Below are positions 58,034 through 64,000 of a stretch of 64,000 bases of DNA, one piece after another. The DNA lies in NCBI GenBank assembly GCA_963771465.1, contig CAVYTU010000015.1, positions 768,001 to 832,000 of the forward strand, in the 5' to 3' direction. How positions within the stretch are numbered: position 1 is the first letter of the stretch; the number at the start of each line of letters is the position of its first letter. Origin of the DNA: an uncultured delta proteobacterium. GTDB taxonomy: Bacteria > Desulfobacterota > Binatia > UBA9968. The translations under genes were made by a program, and so were the position numbers. Under the pieces are notes generated by a model, which did no database searches, had not been told where the DNA came from, and worked only from the letters and a program-made list of their open reading frames with translations.

Positions 58034-58327
58034 ATGCCGCGAAAATATCTGCGTATTACCGAAGTGACAAAAATCTGCGGCGTTGACGTCAGGTTTGTCA
58101 AGCGCTTGGAGCAGGAAAAGGTCATTTACCCCATCGTCCGCCGCAGCGTGAAGTTTTATCCGCTCGATCAGGTCGACCGCGTCCGCGTCGCCCGCCTGCT
58201 CATCGAAGAAATGGGCGTCAATCTGGCCGGCGCCGAAGTCGCGCTGAACATGCGCGAGCAAATGATCGCGATGCAGCGTCAGTTTAATGAAATACTACGT
58301 TTGCTCGGGCGGGAGTGGAAGAAGTAG
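58034..58327 (+). CDS. MerR-type HTH protein (CbpM/HspR-like)
   Basis: LRITEVTKICGV, RVRVARLLIEEMGVNLAGAEVALNMR; RBS AGGAGG. Confidence 0.85.
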   Translation: MPRKYLRITEVTKICGVDVRFVKRLEQEKVIYPIVRRSVKFYPLDQVDRVRVARLLIEEMGVNLAGAEVALNMREQMIAMQRQFNEILRLLGREWKK

Positions 58328-58385
58328 GCCGGTGCCGCGCAGTCCTTCTCTGATTCTCGTCTTGGTTTGATTCCATTCCAGAAAG

Positions 58386-59519
58386 CTATTTTTCCGCTCG
58401 TGGAAATCCATAGGCCTCGACGACTCGCTTCATGTACTCCGGCATCTTTGAGTAGTGACGCCAGTCAACCAGCGATTGCTTTTTTCCGCGCACAGCTTTC
58501 TCCTGCACAGTGCCCTGAATAAAGACGGAGCCCTCGTAGGGCCCGCCGTCCTCCAGCACTTTTTGGCCATCGGCAGAAGCCACGTACTCCAACCACAACA
58601 GCGCCGCGTAGGGCCGCTCGGCCGATGCCAGTATACCTTCCGATTCGTTAAGCCGGATAATCACTGGCTCCGTGAGTTTGTGTCCCAGGATATCCATCTT
58701 GTCTTTGTTTTTGGCTCTCAGAACGGAATCGTAATTGGGGCCGAAGAAAAGCGCGTACTCGCCGGCAAGCATACTGGTGATGGTGCGGGTATCGCCGCTG
58801 ACCCAAATGGGATTTTGCGCGGCCAACTTGCGCGCGAAATCGAGAGTCTTTTCAAGACCCCATGCCGGCACCAGGGCGGCGACGTCTTTGGGACGAATTC
58901 CGAGAGTAAATTTCCTGTCTTTGAATTCCGGTTTTAAGAATCCTTCCCAGGTATCGGGCACCGAGTCGGCCGGAAGGAGCTTTTTATGATGAGCTGTGAC
59001 CTGTATGCCGCTGCCGACGGCCACGATGTTCCGATTGATCGGGTCCACCATCTGCAGCGGCATCTGGATTACCCGGTGCTCGGCCATGCCATACATATCC
59101 ACCCTTTTCAGGTGCGGCAGGTAATCGTTATAATAATCGTAGTCGACTTCGTTGACATCGATGCCCTTAGCCAATCCTGCCTGTAATTCCTGAAGCTGGC
59201 GCGTATAAGCGTCGATGCCGCGGATCTCGTCTGCCTGGACTTGAATGAAAGGATACTTTTTCGTGAAACCTTCGCTCAATCGTTTGAGAATGCCGGCGTC
59301 GAGAGAGACGATGACGCGCAATTTGCCTTCCTGTTTTGCCTTACTCACGATTTCGTCATGGCTGGCGGCAAAGAGAAATCCCTTGGCTTCAGCCTCCTTT
59401 TTCGCTTTGAGTAGAGCAGAGCTGGGTTCGGCGGCGTAAACATGCGCAGCGGATATAACGGAGCTCATCACAAGCAGCGCCACCAAGCGACCAGCGATTT
59501 TTCCGGGCAGCAGAATCAT
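58386..59519 (-). CDS. ABC substrate-binding protein, Fe3+/SBP_bac_6-like
   Basis: Signal peptide; AKQEGKLRV, FTKKYPFI, PDTWEGFLKPEFK, PYAALLWLEYVASADGQ. Confidence 0.82.
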   Translation of the reverse strand: MILLPGKIAGRLVALLVMSSVISAAHVYAAEPSSALLKAKKEAEAKGFLFAASHDEIVSKAKQEGKLRVIVSLDAGILKRLSEGFTKKYPFIQVQADEIRGIDAYTRQLQELQAGLAKGIDVNEVDYDYYNDYLPHLKRVDMYGMAEHRVIQMPLQMVDPINRNIVAVGSGIQVTAHHKKLLPADSVPDTWEGFLKPEFKDRKFTLGIRPKDVAALVPAWGLEKTLDFARKLAAQNPIWVSGDTRTITSMLAGEYALFFGPNYDSVLRAKNKDKMDILGHKLTEPVIIRLNESEGILASAERPYAALLWLEYVASADGQKVLEDGGPYEGSVFIQGTVQEKAVRGKKQSLVDWRHYSKMPEYMKRVVEAYGFPRAEK

Positions 59520-59743
59520 CGTTCACCTCGATTGGGTCGAATTCGAACAACGGGATGGATAGCGCCCGGACTATATCCAGCCTTCAACGATCTTGTCAAT
59601 TTGTCATTTGAGCGATCCCAGATCGCATCAGTTGCTCTTGACGCCTCGCGCTCGATTGTATTACTAGCCTTGCGAACATCGGTGCACATGGGGTTGGTTT
59701 CATTGATTCGGTCCCTGACTAACTTTGTTACAAAGGAAAAGAT

Positions 59744-60457
59744 ATGAACCAGATGGTTTTTATTCATGGGCCCGGCGCGGGAGGATGCGCCGATTCGTTT
59801 GTCCATCAGCTCAAACACTATCCGGGCAGCCTCGCGCCTACTTTGCCGGGACATCCGGAGGGAGAACCCTGTGTGAATGTGGAACGATATACGGAGTGGT
59901 TGAGAGGATGGTTATGGTCCAAAGGCAAACAGCAAGACTTGGTGCTCGCCGGTTTCACGCTGGGAGGTTGTATCGCGCTCCAGTATGGCCTCGACTATCC
60001 GAATGAGGTCAAGGCGCTAGTATTGATGACCACAGGGATGCGACCCAGGGAGCGACGGCCGGGCACTCTGGAGTTTCGCCTGAAGGCCGCGGAGGATCCC
60101 GAAGTGTACCGGCAATGGTTGGAAACCATGCGCCATCAATTCTTGTTTATGGAGCCGGAGCTACGCGAACATCTTGTGGAGTGCCATCGTCGTGTCGGAC
60201 CATTATCGCAGTACCGTGATTTCGTCGTTATCGACCAATTCGATGTCAGGGACCGGATTAACAAGCTTAAACCGCCGCTCCTCTTAATAAAAGGCGCCGA
60301 CGATCCCGCGGCACCGCCGGAGTATGAACTGGAGATTCATGAGGCCGTGCCCAGTTCCCAGTACTTGAAATTTAAGAACGCCGGCCATTTTCCTTTCGCG
60401 GAGAGGCCGGCGGAAGTTAACCGTGCCATTGACGAGTTCCTGGCAGCCGGCACGTGA
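59744..60457 (+). CDS. Alpha/beta fold hydrolase
   Basis: MVFIHGPG, TLPGH, LAGFTLGG, LIKGADD, NAGHFPFAERP. Confidence 0.85.
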   Translation: MNQMVFIHGPGAGGCADSFVHQLKHYPGSLAPTLPGHPEGEPCVNVERYTEWLRGWLWSKGKQQDLVLAGFTLGGCIALQYGLDYPNEVKALVLMTTGMRPRERRPGTLEFRLKAAEDPEVYRQWLETMRHQFLFMEPELREHLVECHRRVGPLSQYRDFVVIDQFDVRDRINKLKPPLLLIKGADDPAAPPEYELEIHEAVPSSQYLKFKNAGHFPFAERPAEVNRAIDEFLAAGT

Positions 60458-60465
60458 CTGGAAGC

Positions 60466-60550
60466 CAAAAAATCAAAATCGAAATCCGAATCTCGAAACA
60501 AATCCCAATAATCAAAAATCAAAATTCCAAACAGCCTGGTTTTGGATTGT
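60466..60550. repeat. Intergenic heptamer-rich element related to 20782-21048
   Basis: Shares the exact 14-mer CTCGAAACAAATCC (60492-60505 vs 20842-20855). Confidence 0.6.
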
Positions 60551-60554
60551 TGTG

Positions 60555-61934
60555 TCATGCAGATAAATTTGGCGCCACCGTTAAGGAAATCAATTCGCCG
60601 ATCTGCTCGACTTCGTCCAACCGGCGCAAGCAGGCCAGGAGGTCGTCGATTTGCGTTTTTGGCAGCAGCGGCGCTGCTAGCGGCCGAAATTTTTGCTCCT
60701 GTTGCTCGTCGGTCATCAAGCGTTTGAAATGGCCAAGGTGGTAAGCCACTTTCGTTGAGAGAACTTTTCCTGATTTCATCTCGACGTCGACGATGTTCAA
60801 GGGGACTTCCGGCCAGGCGGCAACGGATTCTTCGCCAATCCGCACGCTGATTTTTTGCATGAGCGCCCGCACATCGGCGCGCCTGTAATACATTTGGTCG
60901 TAATGGCGAATCTCCAAGTTGCCTTCCATCAGCGCGACGGCCATCACGAAGGGCAGACTGTGATCGGCGCTCTCCCGGGTCTCTGGCTGCCAATTCGCTT
61001 CTCCCGAACCCATGACCTCGTAACCGGCGGGAAAAGTGTCGAGGCGAATCTCTTTAACGTCGTCGAGATCGGGAATTTGCGGTCGCAAATTAACAATCGC
61101 CTCGATCGCGCTTTGTGAAAAATAGCCCGCGGGAAATGCTTTCAACCGTGCTTTCATGATGCGGTAGCCGTCGGCAGAATCCGCGAAAGGCGTGAGATCA
61201 AAGCGGATTCCCGTGCTACTCAGGAATCCGGCTTTGCCTTCGAATACTTCCTCCGGTCCGGTCATCCCTTTGGCGGCCAGCATGGCGCAAAAAACGGCGT
61301 TCCTCGAAGCATTGGCCAACGCGCATCCCTTCCAATGGGAAATCTGCCCTCTTCTAATTTGCTCGATGCTGATATGAGACGAGACTGCCAAGCTGATCGC
61401 ATTGGCCATCTGCTCCTTGGTATGGCCGAACAGTTTGGCCGCCACCACCGCGGCCGCGATGACGCCGTAGGTCGACTGATCCCAGATATGCCCGCGCTCG
61501 TTTGCGCCGGCGTCGATGAGTCCACAAAGCACCTCATAACCCAAAACCATTCCGAGGATCACGTCTTTACCATCGCCGTGTCTTGCGTCCACGACGGCTA
61601 ACACGGGAGCAAGGAGGTCGCTTGGGTGACAAGTCGGTGAACTGGCGTAGGTGTCGTTGAAATCGAGATAGCGGATCATTACACCATTGACGAAAGCTGC
61701 GATATCCGGCGAGGTTTTCTGACCACTGACCAACACGGTAGACGGGACGGCCGAAGTTATCTCCGATGCGGCGGCTCTAGCGATCTTGGCTGGCGGACTT
61801 TCGGCCCCACCGAGCGCGCAGCCCACAGTATCCGTAACAATAAACTTGGTCCGTCGTGTCACCTCCGGCGGCAGGTCGCGATACGACAGCGTCAGCGCAT
61901 AGTCGCAAAGATGATGGAGGATTCGGTCGAGCAT
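60555..61934 (-). CDS. MmgE/PrpD family protein
   Basis: DTVGCALG, NGVMIRYLDFND, CHPSD, ISHWKG, GMTGPEEVFEGKAG, RESADHSLP. Confidence 0.92.
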   Translation of the reverse strand: MLDRILHHLCDYALTLSYRDLPPEVTRRTKFIVTDTVGCALGGAESPPAKIARAAASEITSAVPSTVLVSGQKTSPDIAAFVNGVMIRYLDFNDTYASSPTCHPSDLLAPVLAVVDARHGDGKDVILGMVLGYEVLCGLIDAGANERGHIWDQSTYGVIAAAVVAAKLFGHTKEQMANAISLAVSSHISIEQIRRGQISHWKGCALANASRNAVFCAMLAAKGMTGPEEVFEGKAGFLSSTGIRFDLTPFADSADGYRIMKARLKAFPAGYFSQSAIEAIVNLRPQIPDLDDVKEIRLDTFPAGYEVMGSGEANWQPETRESADHSLPFVMAVALMEGNLEIRHYDQMYYRRADVRALMQKISVRIGEESVAAWPEVPLNIVDVEMKSGKVLSTKVAYHLGHFKRLMTDEQQEQKFRPLAAPLLPKTQIDDLLACLRRLDEVEQIGELISLTVAPNLSA

Positions 61935-62278
61935 TTTCTACGGGTCAAACCTTTACCGAAGGTCGGCTCAATACCTTCAATCGACGCCACGCAAACACTA
62001 CATAACTCGAAGCCACCGACCACCGCAAATGCGCCAGGTCCGCGCCGCAAAGAGAGCTTCCACGAGTTGAAGTTCTGCGCAGCTCGATCTTTGCTTAGCG
62101 GATTTTTTCACACACTCTGAAAGAAGAAGGTAATCTCTCCTGCGGGAATTACTGACTATACGTCTGCGCCGAATCGGGTTGACTTAGCGGCGCACCGTCG
62201 CGTAGTCTCAGCAGCGAAAGACGCATAGGAAGCGCTAGGTCAAGACCGACGAAAGACTACCAAGACTGAAGGTCCTTT

Positions 62279-63574
62279 GTGAAAAGAGTATTGGCGATTA
62301 TTTTGGGTGGCGGCGTCGGAACCCGGCTCTATCCGCTAACCAAACTGCGCGCCAAGCCGGCCGTGCCTCTCGGCGCCAAGTATCGCTTGATCGATATCCC
62401 CATCAGTAACTGCATCAATTCTGAGATTCAGCGCATTTACGTCTTGACGCAATTCAACTCCGCCTCTCTCAATCGGCATATTGCGCGCACTTACGCCGCG
62501 TTAGGCGCGGGCTTCTCCCAGGGATTTGTCGAGGTACTGGCGGCCCAGCAAACTTCGGAAAGTCCGAGCTGGTTTGAAGGAACGGCCGACGCAGTCCGGA
62601 AGTATCTGCGACTCTTCGCCGAATGGGACGTCGATCAGTATCTGATTTTGTCGGGCGATCACTTATATCGGATGAATTACGCGGAATTCATCCAGCACCA
62701 CCGGAATACCAAAGCCGACATTACGCTGTCGGTCGTGCCGGTCGATGAGCAGCGCGCGTCGGACTTCGGCCTGATGAAAATAGACGACAGCGGACGCGTG
62801 CTGTCGTTCAGCGAAAAACCTAAGGGTCCGGCGCTCAATGCCATGCGGGTGGATACGACCATTCTTGGCTTACCCGCTGACAAAGCGCAGCAGTCTCCCT
62901 ACGTCGCTTCGATGGGAATCTATGTCTTCGAGAAGCAGGTGTTGCACGATTTATTAAACCAAGCCCCAGACCAAACTGATTTTGGTAAGGAAATTCTGCC
63001 GGCTTCAGCTAGTGAGAAAAATGTTCACGCCTATCTGTTCAAAGATTACTGGGAAGACATCGGCACCATCGAGTCATTCTACAACGCCAACCTCGCCCTC
63101 ACTTATCAACCCGATCCGCCTTTCAGCTTCTACGATGAGAAGGCGCCGATCTATACCCACTCGCGCTATTTGCCGCCGACCAAGTTGCTCGATAGCCGAG
63201 TCATCGAATCGATGGTCGGTGAGGGTTGCATACTTAAAGAATGCACCGTGGAGCGTTCGGTAATCGGCATTCGCTCGCGCATCGAAACCGGTTGTGTGAT
63301 CGATAATGCCCTGCTGATGGGCGCCGACTACTACGAATCACCACTGCAACGCGCGAACGCTTTGGAGAGTGGAAAGATTCCCTTGGGAGTAGGCGCGAAC
63401 TCGACAATTCGACGAGCGATAGTCGACAAAAACGCGCGCATCGGCCGCAACGTGCAAATCGTCAATAGAGACCGCGTCCAGGAAGCCACCCGCGAGGAAT
63501 TGGGCTTTGTCATTCGCAGCGGCATCGTCGTCGTTATTAAAAACGCGATCATCGCCGATGGCACCGTTATCTAA
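62279..63574 (+). CDS. glgC: Glucose-1-phosphate adenylyltransferase (ADP-glucose pyrophosphorylase), cyanobacterial/plant type
   Basis: [70 protein letters not shown]. Confidence 0.96.
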   Translation: MKRVLAIILGGGVGTRLYPLTKLRAKPAVPLGAKYRLIDIPISNCINSEIQRIYVLTQFNSASLNRHIARTYAALGAGFSQGFVEVLAAQQTSESPSWFEGTADAVRKYLRLFAEWDVDQYLILSGDHLYRMNYAEFIQHHRNTKADITLSVVPVDEQRASDFGLMKIDDSGRVLSFSEKPKGPALNAMRVDTTILGLPADKAQQSPYVASMGIYVFEKQVLHDLLNQAPDQTDFGKEILPASASEKNVHAYLFKDYWEDIGTIESFYNANLALTYQPDPPFSFYDEKAPIYTHSRYLPPTKLLDSRVIESMVGEGCILKECTVERSVIGIRSRIETGCVIDNALLMGADYYESPLQRANALESGKIPLGVGANSTIRRAIVDKNARIGRNVQIVNRDRVQEATREELGFVIRSGIVVVIKNAIIADGTVI

Positions 63575-63616
63575 CCTGACTTCGATCGAACATGACCCAA
63601 CAACCGATGGCAAACG

Positions 63617-64000
63617 TTAAGAAGAATACTCGACTGATTTTTTCTTGCGCATTCCGCCTTCGACCATCTTGTACTCGAAGAGGCGGCATTCCAACGCGCC
63701 GTTGAAGAGTGGCGTGCGCTTGGAAACCGCCAGATGGATGAGTTTAGGCAGTCGCATGTCGGCGCTCAAGAAATAGGCGCGCCAGCCGCTGAATTGTTTC
63801 TTCAACACGTCGCCGAGTTTCGGATAGAACTCAGCCAACGCTTCCTGTTCGCCCAGGCGCACGCCGTAGGGTGGATTGCTGACGATGATGCCTTCGGTCG
63901 CGGGAGCCGTGATGTCCAAGACATCGGCGCGTTTTAAACTGACGACCTCTGCCAAACCAGCTCCGGCTAGATTGGCGTTGGCCGCGCGTAGTACGTCGGC
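63617..64000 (-). CDS. THUMP/RlmL-like class I SAM RNA methyltransferase, 3' part only
   Basis: IVSNPPYGVRLG, TPLFNGALECRLF; frame runs off the window end. Confidence 0.85.
   Translation of the reverse strand, partial: ADVLRAANANLAGAGLAEVVSLKRADVLDITAPATEGIIVSNPPYGVRLGEQEALAEFYPKLGDVLKKQFSGWRAYFLSADMRLPKLIHLAVSKRTPLFNGALECRLFEYKMVEGGMRKKKSVEYSS

Overview
GC-rich bacterial chromosomal segment; gene content (orphan NMT1-type binding proteins, Mo-hydroxylases, multi-GAF kinase, Rieske oxygenase) suggests a Candidatus Binatia-like organism (inference). Scattered indels in otherwise intact genes look like long-read consensus errors. Left third: LVIVD protein, rhodanese, ring-hydroxylating dioxygenase, DUF255/SMP-30 ORF, GrdE/GrdB-like reductase pair, coxSML-like operon, hydrolases, TPP enzyme. 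Two genes contain an in-frame UGA followed by a 17-nt hairpin (7-bp stem, 3-nt loop starting with G): a GrdB-like protein whose UxxCxxC motif reads UxxSxxS, and, unexpectedly, a YccU-type CoA-binding protein with UGA at the conserved Cys (DR-U-LMVDH). Centre: a ~6 kb 10-GAF histidine kinase, then a ~17 kb block where two ATP-grasp/alpha-E/transglutaminase peptide-ligase operons flank glucan phosphorylase, a STAS-cNMP glutaminase and PPi-PFK. All four transcription units carry sigma54-type promoters arranged as two divergent pairs with NtrC-like boxes. Right third: GST, orphan Mo-subunit, ECF sigma/anti-sigma/Spy-like protein/MacAB-TolC, DnaJ-MerR pair, PrpD-family protein, cyanobacterial-type GlgC and a partial RNA methyltransferase. 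No rRNA, tRNA, CRISPR, transposase or RT was seen.
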